Assembly: GCF_044236835.1 (NCBI RefSeq)
Contig: NZ_JBIIGC010000015.1
Location: forward strand, 17,174 to 81,173
Direction of reading: 5' to 3'
DNA from: Rhodoferax sp.
GTDB taxonomy: Bacteria; Pseudomonadota; Gammaproteobacteria; Burkholderiales; Burkholderiaceae_C
DNA: 64,000 bases
A program made the position numbers and the translations under genes. Of the stretch, positions 35,643-47,821 are shown one piece after another; position 1 is the stretch's first letter, and every line of letters starts with the position of its first letter. The notes under the pieces were generated by a model. That model worked only from the letters and a program-made list of their open reading frames with translations. It was not told the DNA's origin and made no database searches.

Positions 35643-38001
35643 GGGGTGGCTTGTTTGCTGAGCGCGTGCAGCACGTTCTCCGCGGTGGCGGGTGCGGTGA
35701 GTGTGACCGCCATGCCGTCGCCGCGCGCTTGGGCGATGGCATCGCGCAGCGCCTCGTACACGCTGATGGCCAGCATGAAGGGCGGCTCGCCCACCGCCTT
35801 GCTGCCAAACACATTGTCTTCCCGGTTGGGTTCGGGCCACAGGTCGACGCGAAAGTGGGCCGGGATGTCGCCCGCTGTGGGGATCTTGTAGGTGCTGGGC
35901 GCGTGCGTAGCCAAGTAGCCTTTGTCGTTCCACACCAGTTGCTCGGTAGTCAGCCAGCCCATGCCCTGCACAAAGCCGCCCTCGATCTGGCCGATGTCGA
36001 TCGCGGGGTTGATGCTTCGGCCCACATCGTGCAGCACATCGACCTTGAGCACTTTGCTCTCGCCGGTGAGGGTGTCGATGGCCACTTCGGTGCAGGCCGC
36101 GCCGTAGGCAAAGTAATAAAACGGCCGGCCACTCAAGGTGGTCTTGTCGTAGTGAATCTTGGGCGTGCGGTAGAAGCCGTCGCTCCAGAGCTGGATGCGG
36201 TTGGCGTAGGCGAGTTTGACCACCTCGTCAAAGCTGCGCGTCGCCTTGGGCGACACCACCTGCCCACCCTCAAAGCGGATGGCTCCCGCGCCGCAGCCGT
36301 CGAGCCCGCACACAAAGGCCGCCAGGTTGTCGCGCACATGGCGCGCCGCAAATTGTGCTGCGCGGCCGTTGAGATCGGTGCCTGCAGACGCTGCAGTGGC
36401 CGATGCGTTGGCCACTTTGCTGGTGTCGCTCGCAGTGGCCAGCACCCGCCCAAAGGGAATGCCCAGCTCATCGGCCACGATTTGCGCCACCTTGGTGTGC
36501 AGGCCCTGGCCCATCTCGGTGCCGCCGTGGTTGACCTGCACACTGCCGTCGGTGTACACATGCACCAGCGCGCCAGCCTGGTTGAACAGGGTGGCGGTGA
36601 AGCTGATGCCGAACTTGACCGGGGTGATGGCCAAGCCGCGTTTGAGCACCGGGCTGGCGGCGTTCCATTGCGCAATGGCCTGCACGCGCTGGCGGTACTG
36701 TGAGCTTGCCTCCAGCTGGGTCAAGAGCGGTGCGAGGATGTTGTCCTCCACCTTCATCTGGTAGTGCGTGGTGTCGCGCTTGTGCGCTGTGCCGGCAATG
36801 GGCTCGTCGCTGTAAAGGTTGCGCAGGCGCACATCGAGCGGGTCCATGTGCAGGTGGCGGGCGATGTCGCCCATCACGGTTTCAATCAGGATGACGCCTT
36901 GCGGTCCGCCAAAGCCACGGAATGCGGTGTGGCTTTGGGTGTGGGTTTTGCAGCGGTAGGAGGCAATCTCCACATGCTCCAGGTAGTAGGCGTTGTCGCT
37001 GTGGAAGATGGCGCGGTCGGCCACCGGTCCGGACAGGTCGGCGCTGAAGCCGCAGTTCACCGCCATCGTCAGTTGCAACGCCGTCAGCCGTCCGGTGGCA
37101 TCAAAACCGGCGGTGTAGTCGTAGGCAAAGGGGTGGCGTTTGCCGGTGACCATGAAGTCGTCGTCGCGGTCCAGCCGCAGCTTGACGGCCTGTTGGTGTT
37201 TGGCCGCTGCCACCGCCGCCCACACTGCCAGGTGCCCGGCCTGGGTTTCTTTGCCACCAAAGCCGCCACCCATGCGCCTGCACTCCACGCGCACCGCGTG
37301 GTTGTCGATGCCCAGCGCGTGCGCCACCCAGTGCTGCACCTCGCCCGGGTGCTGGGTGCTGCTGTGCACCAGCCACTGGTTTTGCTCTTGGGGTAGCACG
37401 TAGGCGATTTGGCCCTCCAGGTAGAAGTGCTCTTGGCCGCCGACTTCGAGCATGCCGTGCAAGGTGTGGGGCGCAGATTGCAGGGCCGCTGCAGCGTCGC
37501 CCCGGCGCACGAACACCGGCGGCAGCACATAGCTTTGGGCCGCCAACGCATCGGCCACCGTCAGGATGGCGGGCAAGGGCGCGATGTCGAGCTTGACTTT
37601 GCGCGCCGCGTGGCGTGCTTGCAGGGTGGTACGCGCCAGCACCAGGCCGACCACCTGGCCCACAAACTGCACGGTGCCATGGGCAAACACCGGCTCGTCG
37701 CCAGCAAACGCAGCCAGCATGGGGTCGCCCGGAATGTCGGCGGCCAAAATCACATCGACCACGCCGGGCATGGCCAGGGCCGCGCTGGCGTCCACACCGC
37801 GCAACGTGCCGTGGGCCACGTTGGACAAAATGGGCGCGGCATGCAGGGTGCCGCGCACTTCGGGCATGTCGTCGATGTAAGTGACCGCGCCTGCCACCTG
37901 CGCGCGGGCACTTTCGTGCGCTACCGAGGTGCCGCTGGAAACCGTGGGGCGCGCGGCTGGGATGGGTGCCCCGGTCGCCGCGCCGGGGGTGCTGGTCTTG
38001 C

Positions 38002-38005
<4 letters not shown>
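35639..38005 (-). CDS. xdhB: Xanthine dehydrogenase molybdopterin-binding subunit
   Basis: ATG at 38005. GGGFGGKETQ, FRGFGGPQG and the C-terminal KAVGEPP motif are present. The start overlaps the xdhA stop (ATGA). Confidence 0.9.
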
Positions 38006-39489
<1,484 letters not shown>

Positions 39490-39574
39490 GTGCCAAGGGT
39501 ACAACGGGAAATCCCCCGGTGCCAAGCTGCCGCCGCCGTGTAAAGTCGGGCACACATCCTGCTTCTGGTTTGTC

Positions 39575-41143
39575 ATGTCCATCGCTCCCGTCCCCCGGCT
39601 TCAACTCAGCGGAATCACCAAGGCCTACCCCGGTGTGGTGGCCAACAGCGACATCAGCCTGGCGGTGATGCCGGGCGAGACCCATGCGGTACTCGGCGAA
39701 AACGGAGCGGGCAAGTCGACCCTGATGAAAATCATCTATGGCTCGGTCAAGGCCGATGCCGGCCAGATCGCTTTCAATGGCCGCATCACCCAGATTCGCA
39801 ATCCCAAAGAGGCGCGCGCTTTGGGTATCAGCATGGTGTTTCAGCACTTCAATCTGTTTGACACCATCACCGTGGCCGAGAACGTCTGGCTCGGCTTGGA
39901 CAAGGCCATGTCCTTGGCGCGGGTGACCGAGCGCATCACCGCCAAGGCCGCCGAGTACGGGCTGGAGATTGACCCCTCGCGTCCGGTGCACACCCTGAGC
40001 GTGGGCGAGATGCAGCGGGTGGAAATCATCCGCGCTCTGCTCACCAACCCGCAGCTGCTGATCCTGGACGAGCCCACCTCGGTGCTCACTCCACAGGCGG
40101 TGGAGAAGCTGTTTGTGGTGCTCAAGAAGCTGGCCGAACAGGGCTGCAGCATTCTGTACATCTCGCACAAGCTCCATGAAATTCGTGCTCTGTGCAATGC
40201 CTGCACGGTGTTGCGTGGTGGCAAGGTCACTGGGGTGTGCAACCCTGCCGAGGAGTCCAACGCGTCGCTGTCGCGCCTGATGATCGGCGCCGAGCCGCCG
40301 CCGCTCGCACACCGTCGGCAAACCGTGGGCAAAACCGTGTTGAGCGTGCACTCCCTGCGCTTGGCGCGCGAGGACCAGTTCGGTGTGGACTTGGACAGCA
40401 TCAGCCTGCAGGTGGGCGCGGGCGAAGTGGTCGGTATCGCCGGCGTGTCGGGCAACGGCCAAAAGGAGTTGCTGTACGCCCTGTCGGGGGAGGACTGCCG
40501 CGCGCCCAAGGGCAGCATCCAGATGGATGGAGTGGACGTCTCCGCCTTGCATCCGGGTGCACGGCGCAAACTGGGTCTGCACTTCGTGCCGGAGGAGCGC
40601 TTGGGCCGCGGGGCGGTGCCCACGCTGAGTTTGGCGCACAACCTGCTGCTCACGCGCACCGGCGCCATTTCGCACCCACGATTTGCCGGGGGCTGGATCC
40701 GGGTGCGCGCCTTGGAGGCGCACGCCCAACGGATCATTGAGACCTTCAACGTCAAGGCGGGTGGTCCCAATGCGGTGGCGCGCTCGCTCTCTGGGGGCAA
40801 TCTACAAAAGTTCATTGTGGGGCGCGAGATGGATGCCAAACCCCGGCTGTTCATCGTGTCGCAGCCGACTTGGGGGGTCGATGTGGGCGCGGCGGCACAA
40901 ATCCGGGGCGAAATCTTGGCGCTGCGCGAGGCCGGTTGCGCGGTGCTTTTGGTCAGCGAGGAACTGGACGAGCTGTTTGAGCTCAGCGACAGACTGCATG
41001 TGATTGCGCGTGGCAGGCTCTCGCCCTCGATCCCGGTGGCGCAGGCCACGGTGGAGAAAATTGGCGAGTGGATGAGCGGCCTGTGGGACGCGCCAGATGC
41101 CACCGTCACAAGCGCGCCCACGCCAGAGGTGCAGCATGCTTAA
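39575..41143 (+). CDS. ABC transporter ATPase with duplicated nucleotide-binding domains (nucleoside/sugar CUT2 type)
   Basis: ATG at 39575. The Walker A motif GENGAGKST, the signature LSVGEMQR and a second NBD (GVSGNGQ...LSGGNLQK) are present. Confidence 0.9.
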   Translation: MSIAPVPRLQLSGITKAYPGVVANSDISLAVMPGETHAVLGENGAGKSTLMKIIYGSVKADAGQIAFNGRITQIRNPKEARALGISMVFQHFNLFDTITVAENVWLGLDKAMSLARVTERITAKAAEYGLEIDPSRPVHTLSVGEMQRVEIIRALLTNPQLLILDEPTSVLTPQAVEKLFVVLKKLAEQGCSILYISHKLHEIRALCNACTVLRGGKVTGVCNPAEESNASLSRLMIGAEPPPLAHRRQTVGKTVLSVHSLRLAREDQFGVDLDSISLQVGAGEVVGIAGVSGNGQKELLYALSGEDCRAPKGSIQMDGVDVSALHPGARRKLGLHFVPEERLGRGAVPTLSLAHNLLLTRTGAISHPRFAGGWIRVRALEAHAQRIIETFNVKAGGPNAVARSLSGGNLQKFIVGREMDAKPRLFIVSQPTWGVDVGAAAQIRGEILALREAGCAVLLVSEELDELFELSDRLHVIARGRLSPSIPVAQATVEKIGEWMSGLWDAPDATVTSAPTPEVQHA

Positions 41144-42221
41144 GCTCGAAGCGCGTCCCCAACCCTCGCAGTTTTGGAGCTACGGCTCGCCCTTGTTGGC
41201 GCTGGTCTGCACGGTGGTGATTGGCGTCGTCCTTTTTGCGGCCTTGGGCAAAGACCCGGTACGCGGTTTACAGGTCTTTTTTTGGGAGCCGATTCGCAGC
41301 GGCTACGCCCTGGGTGAGTTGGTGGTCAAGGCCACGCCGCTGCTACTGATCGCGTTGGGGCTGGCGGTGTGTTATCGCTCCAACGTGTGGAACATTGGCG
41401 CCGAAGGCCAGTACCTGGTGGGCGCCATTGCGGCTAGCGGTATCGCGCTCACGGCCGATGCCACCACCGGAGGCTGGATGGTGGTGCCCGTGATGCTGGC
41501 TGGTATCGTGGGTGGGATGGTCTGGGCCGGTCTGGCGGCGCTGCTGCGCGACAAGTTCAATACCAATGAAATTTTGGTCAGCCTGATGCTGGTCTATGTG
41601 GCGGTGCAGCTATTGGGTTACCTGGTGTACGGCCCGTGGAAAGACCCAGCGGGCTACAACTTTCCGCAAAGCAAGACCTTCGAGGCGGCCACACGCATCC
41701 CGCGTTTGTTTGAGGGCTCGCGCATGTCGATAGGGGTGCTGATCGCCCTGCTCGGCGTGGCCGCGCTTTGGGTTTTTCTGTTTCGCACCCGATCAGGCTT
41801 CGCCCAGCAGGTGGGCGGCCTCGCCCCGGCTGCGGCGCGCTATGCGGGCTTCTCGTCGCGCCGCGCACTCTGGACGGCTTTTTTGGTCTCGGGTGGCATG
41901 GCTGGTCTGGCGGGCGCGCTCGAAGTGGCTGGACCCATTGGTCAGCTCACGCCCTACGTACCCGCAGGCTACGGGTTTGCGGCCATCATCGTGGCGTATG
42001 TGGGGCGGCTGCATCCGGTGGGCATGGTGTTTTCGGCCCTGCTGATGAGCATGTTCTACATCGGCGGCGAGCTGGCGCAGTCCCGCTTGGGGCTGCCCAA
42101 ATCGATCACCGGCGTGTTCCAGGGGCTGCTGCTGTTTAGCCTGCTGGCCTGCGACACCCTGGTGAATTACCGCTTCAAATGGACCCGTGCGCAGCCCAAG
42201 GTGGCTGCGGGGAACGCATGA
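41136..42221 (+). CDS. ABC transporter permease
   Basis: It is a multi-TM protein. The ATG overlaps the upstream stop. Confidence 0.85.
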   Translation: MLKLEARPQPSQFWSYGSPLLALVCTVVIGVVLFAALGKDPVRGLQVFFWEPIRSGYALGELVVKATPLLLIALGLAVCYRSNVWNIGAEGQYLVGAIAASGIALTADATTGGWMVVPVMLAGIVGGMVWAGLAALLRDKFNTNEILVSLMLVYVAVQLLGYLVYGPWKDPAGYNFPQSKTFEAATRIPRLFEGSRMSIGVLIALLGVAALWVFLFRTRSGFAQQVGGLAPAAARYAGFSSRRALWTAFLVSGGMAGLAGALEVAGPIGQLTPYVPAGYGFAAIIVAYVGRLHPVGMVFSALLMSMFYIGGELAQSRLGLPKSITGVFQGLLLFSLLACDTLVNYRFKWTRAQPKVAAGNA

Positions 42222-43141
42222 TGGAATCCTACGCACTGCTGCTGGCGGCCACGCTCAATGCGGGCACCGTGTTGGCCATCGCTTCGCTGGGCCTGCTGAT
42301 CAACGAAAAGGCCGGCATTGTCAACCTGGGCGCTGAAGGCATGATGCTGTGCGCCGCCATCGCCGGTTTTGCCACGGTGGTGGGCACCGGCAGCGACACC
42401 GCTGGTTTTGCGGCAGGCGTGTTAGCTGGTGCGGGTCTGGCAGCCGTGTTCGGCGTGCTGGTGATTTGGCTCAACACCAACCAGTACGCCACTGGCCTGG
42501 CGCTGAGCTTGTTTGGCGCGGGTTTCTCGGCATTTGCCGGTATCCGTTTTGTCCAAGAAAAAATCCCCGATCGGCACAACTTTGCAGTGCCTTGGCTGTC
42601 TGACATTCCCTTGGTAGGCCCCGCCTTGTTTCGGCACCATCCACTGGTCTACCTCACGGTGATGTTTGCGCTGGCCCTGATTTGGTTTTTGTATCGCACC
42701 CGCGCCGGGCTGATTTTGCGCAGCGTGGGCGAAAGCCCCGAGTCCGCCCATGCGCTGGGTTACCCGGTGCGTTGGATTCGGCTGGCTGCGGTGGTGCTGG
42801 GTGGTGCCCTGTGTGGACTGGCTGGTGCTTATATTTCTATCATCTACACGCCGCTGTGGGTGGAGGGCATGGTGGCGGGCAACGGCTGGATCGCGCTGGC
42901 CCTGACCACCTTCGCAACATGGCGTCCGGCACGGGTATTGCTTGGTGCGTATTTGTTCGGTGGGGTGACCATGTTGCAGTTCCATTTTCAGGGCATGGGC
43001 GTCGATGTACCGAGCCAGTTGCTCAGCAGCCTGCCGTACTTGGCAACCATCGTGGTGCTGGCCTTGATATCGCGAAATCCCCGCTGGATTCGTATTAACA
43101 TGCCAGCCTCGATAGGCAAACCGTTCTATCCGGGCTCCTGA
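42218..43141 (+). CDS. ABC transporter permease
   Basis: It is a multi-TM protein. ATG 42218 overlaps the upstream TGA (ATGA). Confidence 0.85.
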   Translation: MMESYALLLAATLNAGTVLAIASLGLLINEKAGIVNLGAEGMMLCAAIAGFATVVGTGSDTAGFAAGVLAGAGLAAVFGVLVIWLNTNQYATGLALSLFGAGFSAFAGIRFVQEKIPDRHNFAVPWLSDIPLVGPALFRHHPLVYLTVMFALALIWFLYRTRAGLILRSVGESPESAHALGYPVRWIRLAAVVLGGALCGLAGAYISIIYTPLWVEGMVAGNGWIALALTTFATWRPARVLLGAYLFGGVTMLQFHFQGMGVDVPSQLLSSLPYLATIVVLALISRNPRWIRINMPASIGKPFYPGS

Positions 43142-43178
43142 GTTCTTCTCATCTAACTTCTATCAACAAGGAATTGAC

Positions 43179-44321
43179 ATGACAGATTTGCAAAAGCGCT
43201 CGCTGCTCAAAGTAGCGGCGGTGTCCGCGGTGCTGGGTGCAGCATTGGTGGGCTGTGGCAAGAAAGAAGAACCGGCCCCCGCACCCGCTGCGGCCGCGTC
43301 TGCACCCAAGGCCGAACCGCTCAAGATCGCATTTGCCTACGTCGGCCCGGTGGGCGACGGTGGTTGGACCTTTGCGCACGACACCGCACGCAAGGCGCTG
43401 GAAAAAGAATTCGGTGACAAGATCGTGACCTCCTATGTGGAGAACGTGCCCGAGTCGGCCGACGCAGAGCGCGTCATCCGCGACATGGCTACCCAAGGCA
43501 ATAAGCTGATTTTTGGTACCACCTTTGGCTACATGGAAACCATGGTCAAGTTGGCCCCTGAGTTCAAGGATGTGAAGTTCGAGCACGGCACCGGCTACAA
43601 AACCGCCGAGAACCTGCGCACCTACGACAGCCGCACCTATGAAGGTGCCTACATGGCGGGTGTGATCGCTGGCAAGATGACCAAGACCAACACCTTGGGC
43701 GTGGTGGCTTCGGTGCCAATCCCTGAGGTGATCCGCAACATCAACAGCTTCACCATGGGCGCCCAAAGCAGCAACCCCAAGGTCAAAACCAAGGTGGTGT
43801 GGGTGAACCAGTGGTTCAACCCGCCAGAAGAAACCAAGGCGGCAACCAGCCTGATCAACAGCGGCGCTGACGTGCTGTTCCAAAACACCGACTCGGCAGC
43901 CGTCCTCAAGACCGCCCAAGAAAAGGGCAAGCGTGCCTTTGGTTGGGATTCGGATATGTCGGCCTATGGCCCCAAGGCCCACTTGGGTTCGGCCATCATC
44001 AACTGGGCACCGTACTACATCAAGACCACCCGCGACGTGCTGGAAGGCAAATGGACCACGGGCAGCAGCTGGTGGGGCGTGAAAGAAGGCGCCATTGATT
44101 TGGTGTCCATCGCCGAAGATGTGCCTGCCGAGACCAAGGCCCGCGTGGACGAAATCCGCAGTGGTTTGGCGGCTGGCACCTACGCCATCTGGAAAGGCCC
44201 CATCGTCGACAACACTGGTAAAGAGCAGTTGGCCAAAGACGTGGTGGCTGACGACAAGTTCCTCAGCGGCGTGATGTTCTACGTCAAGGGCGTGGAAGGC
44301 AAAGTGCCAAACAACAAGTAA
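43179..44321 (+). CDS. BMP-family (basic membrane protein / PnrA-like) purine-nucleoside-binding lipoprotein
   Basis: AAGGAA RBS and lipobox LVGCGKK are present. The motifs AFAYVGPVGDGGW and FGTTFGY are typical of BMP binding proteins. Confidence 0.85.
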   Translation: MTDLQKRSLLKVAAVSAVLGAALVGCGKKEEPAPAPAAAASAPKAEPLKIAFAYVGPVGDGGWTFAHDTARKALEKEFGDKIVTSYVENVPESADAERVIRDMATQGNKLIFGTTFGYMETMVKLAPEFKDVKFEHGTGYKTAENLRTYDSRTYEGAYMAGVIAGKMTKTNTLGVVASVPIPEVIRNINSFTMGAQSSNPKVKTKVVWVNQWFNPPEETKAATSLINSGADVLFQNTDSAAVLKTAQEKGKRAFGWDSDMSAYGPKAHLGSAIINWAPYYIKTTRDVLEGKWTTGSSWWGVKEGAIDLVSIAEDVPAETKARVDEIRSGLAAGTYAIWKGPIVDNTGKEQLAKDVVADDKFLSGVMFYVKGVEGKVPNNK

Positions 44322-44343
44322 GCTACCGCACACGCGTTCCAAC

Positions 44344-44374
44344 AAAGGCCGCTTTCCAGCGGCCTTTGTTTATT
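44344..44374 (+). terminator. Rho-independent terminator
   Basis: AAAGGCCGC-tttcca-GCGGCCTTT is followed by GTTTATT, 22 nt after the binding-protein stop. Confidence 0.65.
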
Positions 44375-44401
44375 CAAGCGCCCCACGTTGCAAGGTGTGA
44401 C

Positions 44402-45433
44402 ATGGCCGATTGCGAAGCAACCACCGTAGAGACCGCATCCGAACTTTCCGTCGAAGCGCGCTTGTGGCACCCAGTTGCGCAGGTGCAGGATGTGGGCGCC
44501 GTCCCAGTGGCTGTGCAACTGCTGGAGCGCTCCGTGGTGCTCTGGCGCGACCGCAGCACGACCATTCACGCCTGGGCCGACCAATGCCCGCACCGCGGTG
44601 CCAAGCTCTCCTTGGGCCGGGTGTGCGATGGCCAGCTGGAGTGCCCCTACCACGGTTGGAAATTCGATGCGTCAGGCCAATGCATCCAGGTGCCTGCGAT
44701 GCCAGAGTTTGTGCCACCACCGAGCCACAGGGCAACCGTGTTTGAGGCGCAGGAGCGCTACGGCTTGGTCTGGGTGCGGCTGGCGCTCGGCGGTGCCGAC
44801 GCCGCCGAGGTGCCCGCCTTCGCGGCCGAGCATGACGACCATTTGCGCAAGCTCAACTGCGGACCCTACGATGTACTGACCAGCGCACCACGCATCGTGG
44901 AAAACTTTTTGGACATGGCCCATTTCGGCTTTGTGCACGAAGGCTGGCTTGGCAGCCGCCAGCACACCCGCGTGGCCGACTACACCGTGGCCAGCACGCG
45001 CACCGGCCTGGTGGCTACGGGCTGCAAGGCTTGGCAGCCGCAAAGCAATGTGCACTCCACTGCGCCGGCCGAGGTGGAGTACCGCTACGAGGTCACGGCG
45101 CCGTACTCGGCTGTGTTGAGCAAAGTGCCTGACACCAACAGTACGGCGGTGGCTGGCTACCGTGAGTCGATTGCTCTGTTCATCAGCCCGCTGACGCCGC
45201 AAAGCAGTCGGGTGTGGTTTCGATTGGCAGTGGCCGACTTCACCTCGCCAGACACGCACTTGCAGGCGTTCCAGCACACCATCTTTTTGCAAGACCAGCC
45301 GGTGCTGGAGTCGCAGTACCCCAAGCGTCTGCCGCTGCAGGGGCACAGCGAGTTGCACACCGCAGCAGATAGGGCGTCAAGCGCCTACCGCCGGTTCTTG
45401 AAGCACAGCGGGGTCCGGTTTGGCGTGCTCTGA
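44402..45433 (+). CDS. Rieske [2Fe-2S] non-heme-iron oxygenase, PaO/Tic55-like alpha subunit
   Basis: Rieske motif CPHRGAKLSLG...CPYHGWKF. The mononuclear-iron motif ENFLDMAHFGFVH fits E-x3-D-x2-H-x4-H. Confidence 0.8.
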   Translation: MADCEATTVETASELSVEARLWHPVAQVQDVGAVPVAVQLLERSVVLWRDRSTTIHAWADQCPHRGAKLSLGRVCDGQLECPYHGWKFDASGQCIQVPAMPEFVPPPSHRATVFEAQERYGLVWVRLALGGADAAEVPAFAAEHDDHLRKLNCGPYDVLTSAPRIVENFLDMAHFGFVHEGWLGSRQHTRVADYTVASTRTGLVATGCKAWQPQSNVHSTAPAEVEYRYEVTAPYSAVLSKVPDTNSTAVAGYRESIALFISPLTPQSSRVWFRLAVADFTSPDTHLQAFQHTIFLQDQPVLESQYPKRLPLQGHSELHTAADRASSAYRRFLKHSGVRFGVL

Positions 45434-45505
45434 TGCGCAAACGCTGTATCCAACCGTGCTGCCCAAACCGAACCACCCCTAGAACACACCCCAAGAGTAC
45501 ACACC

Positions 45506-46549
45506 ATGCCACCCCACATCCGCCCCATCACCGCTGACCGCCTGCCCGCATTGCTGCGCGCCATGCCCAAGGCTGAGCTGCACATCCACATCGAAGGCTC
45601 GCTCGAACCCGAACAGATGTTCGCGCTAGGCCAGCGCAACGGCGTCGCTTTGGCCTACCCCAGCGTGCAAGCGCTGCGAGAAGCCTATGTGTTTGACAAC
45701 CTGCAAGAGTTTTTAGACATCTACCACGCAGGCACGCTGGTGCTCAAAACCGAGCAGGACTTTTACGACATGGCCTGCGCCTACTTTGCGCGGGCGCAAG
45801 CCGACAACGTCACCCATGCCGAGTTGTTTTTTGACACCCAGACCCACACCGGCCACGGCCTGAGCGCTGCGACCGTCATCCGCGGCTTGCACCGTGCCTG
45901 CATGGATGCCCCTTCGCGCTTTGGCATGACGGCGTCGCTGATCCTGTGCTTTCTGCGGCACCTCAGCGAAGACGAGGCCTTTGCCTGCCTGGAAGAGGCC
46001 TTGCCCATGCGGGAGATGCTGGTGGGCATCGGGCTGGCCAGCAGCGAAGTGGGGCACCCACCAGAGAAATTTGCCAAGGTGTTTGCCCGGGCCCGCCAGC
46101 TGGGTTTTCGCTTGGTGGCGCATGCCGGCGAAGAGGGGCCACCCGCCTACATCTGGGGTGCGCTCGATGTGCTCAAGGTAGAGCGTATCGACCACGGGGT
46201 GCAGGCCACCCACGACGCAGCGCTCATGCGCCGCCTGGCCCAGGACAAAATTCCGCTCACGGTGTGTCCGCTCTCCAACATCAAGCTGCGGGTGTTCCCC
46301 ACATTGGCCCAGCACACCTTGGGGCACATGCTACAAGCCGGCGTGGTGGCGACGGTGCACTCGGATGACCCGGCGTACTTCGGCGGTTACATCAACGACA
46401 ACTTCACGCAGACGTTTGCCGCCTTGGGGCTGGGCGCCCAGCACGCCTACCAGCTTGCGCGCAACAGCTTCGATGCCAGCTTCATCGAGCCCTCCGAGCG
46501 CGCCCGCCACATCGCGCGACTGGATGCGGTGTTTGAAACGTTTGAGTGA
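45506..46549 (+). CDS. add: Adenosine/adenine deaminase family protein
   Basis: KAELHIHIEGS, HAGE and VHSDDPAYFG are deaminase motifs. Confidence 0.85.
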   Translation: MPPHIRPITADRLPALLRAMPKAELHIHIEGSLEPEQMFALGQRNGVALAYPSVQALREAYVFDNLQEFLDIYHAGTLVLKTEQDFYDMACAYFARAQADNVTHAELFFDTQTHTGHGLSAATVIRGLHRACMDAPSRFGMTASLILCFLRHLSEDEAFACLEEALPMREMLVGIGLASSEVGHPPEKFAKVFARARQLGFRLVAHAGEEGPPAYIWGALDVLKVERIDHGVQATHDAALMRRLAQDKIPLTVCPLSNIKLRVFPTLAQHTLGHMLQAGVVATVHSDDPAYFGGYINDNFTQTFAALGLGAQHAYQLARNSFDASFIEPSERARHIARLDAVFETFE

Positions 46550-46555
46550 TTCGGC

Positions 46556-46918
46556 TCAGTGCGCCATGCACTTGCCGTGGGGCAGGCTGCTCAGGCGCTT
46601 GAACATGCGCCTGCAGTAGCCCTGGATCGTCAGACACTTGTTGATTTCGTCCACCGGCAGTGGGCCGGACACCACGACGATGCTATTGGCCTGCGCCAGA
46701 TCGCCGTTGGAGCGCAGACGCCTGCGCGTGTGCTGCGCCCATGAGTGGATGCGCGTGGGGCTGCCATGCTCATGCAGCTTGCCGGTGTTCATATCAAAAG
46801 CGATGGCCACCGTGTCGGTGCGCAACCGCAGCCGGTGCTCGCCGGTGATCGCACTGGTGGGTGTGCTGAGGTCGTACAAGTTGTAGGCGCCGCCTTTGAG
46901 TTGGTACTGGAGTGACAT
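46556..46918 (-). CDS. Hypothetical 120-aa protein
   Basis: ATG at 46918 with good codon bias. I recognise no motif. Confidence 0.4.
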   Translation of the reverse strand: MSLQYQLKGGAYNLYDLSTPTSAITGEHRLRLRTDTVAIAFDMNTGKLHEHGSPTRIHSWAQHTRRRLRSNGDLAQANSIVVVSGPLPVDEINKCLTIQGYCRRMFKRLSSLPHGKCMAH

Positions 46919-47185
46919 GGTTGGTAGTGCTAAAGCGGTAATGGCCTGATTTTTCGGGACGGCGCTTGCGGCTAAAGCCCAAAAAGGCTGGCCAAACGCT
47001 TGCTTCTTTGTGTCCTGCTTTGGCGTGCCTCCCTGGCGGATAAAATCAGCGCCGCTCTGGGCGTCCCGGTCAGGAGCTGTGTTGCCAACGTGCGGGACCA
47101 TGTCGAGGACCACCATGTACAAAAACCTCACGGCTGCGCACCGCGCTGCGCGTGTCTGCTGCTCCCTTGCACTCTAGGGCGCGGC

Positions 47186-47821
47186 ATGAGCTACCAAGTC
47201 AAAGAAATTTTCTACACCCTGCAAGGGGAAGGCGCCAATGCCGGCCGCCCGGCCGTGTTTTGCCGGTTTGCGGGCTGCAATTTGTGGTCGGGCCGCGAGG
47301 CGGACCGGGCCAGCGCCGTCTGCCAGTTTTGTGACACCGATTTCGTGGGCACCGACGGCACCTTGGGTGGCAAGTTCGACAACGCAGCGCAGTTGGCGCA
47401 GTGCATTGCCGCGCAGTGGCCCGATAGTGACGCTGCCCACCGCTTTGTGGTGCTGACCGGCGGCGAGCCTTTGCTGCAAGTGGATGCGGCGCTGGTCGAT
47501 GCGCTGCATGCACTGCAGTTCGATATCGCAGTAGAGACCAACGGCAGTCTGCCTGCACCAGCGGGTATTGACTGGATCTGCGTCAGCCCCAAAGCCGGTG
47601 CGCCTTGGGTGCAGCGCAGCGGCCACGAGCTCAAGGTGGTGTGGCCGCAAACCGGCCTGGACCTGGACGTGCTGGAGGCCGCCGATTTCCAGCACCGCTA
47701 CCTTCAGCCCATGGACAACCTGCTGCGCACTTCCAACACCGAGCGCTGCGTCGCCCTGTGCCTGCAACGCCCGGCGTGGCGGCTCTCTTTACAAACTCAC
47801 AAAATCACAGGCATCCGATGA
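47186..47821 (+). CDS. queE: 7-carboxy-7-deazaguanine synthase (Burkholderia-type, CX14CX2C)
   Basis: YTLQGEG plus GCNLWSGREADRASAVCQFC give the CX14CX2C radical-SAM cluster spacing. Confidence 0.9.
   Translation: MSYQVKEIFYTLQGEGANAGRPAVFCRFAGCNLWSGREADRASAVCQFCDTDFVGTDGTLGGKFDNAAQLAQCIAAQWPDSDAAHRFVVLTGGEPLLQVDAALVDALHALQFDIAVETNGSLPAPAGIDWICVSPKAGAPWVQRSGHELKVVWPQTGLDLDVLEAADFQHRYLQPMDNLLRTSNTERCVALCLQRPAWRLSLQTHKITGIR

Noticed and set aside
46919-47185. Looked for a preQ1 riboswitch upstream of queE
   Set aside because: I could not find the compact hairpin plus A-rich tail characteristic of preQ1-I/II/III aptamers. The spacer more likely holds ordinary divergent promoters.
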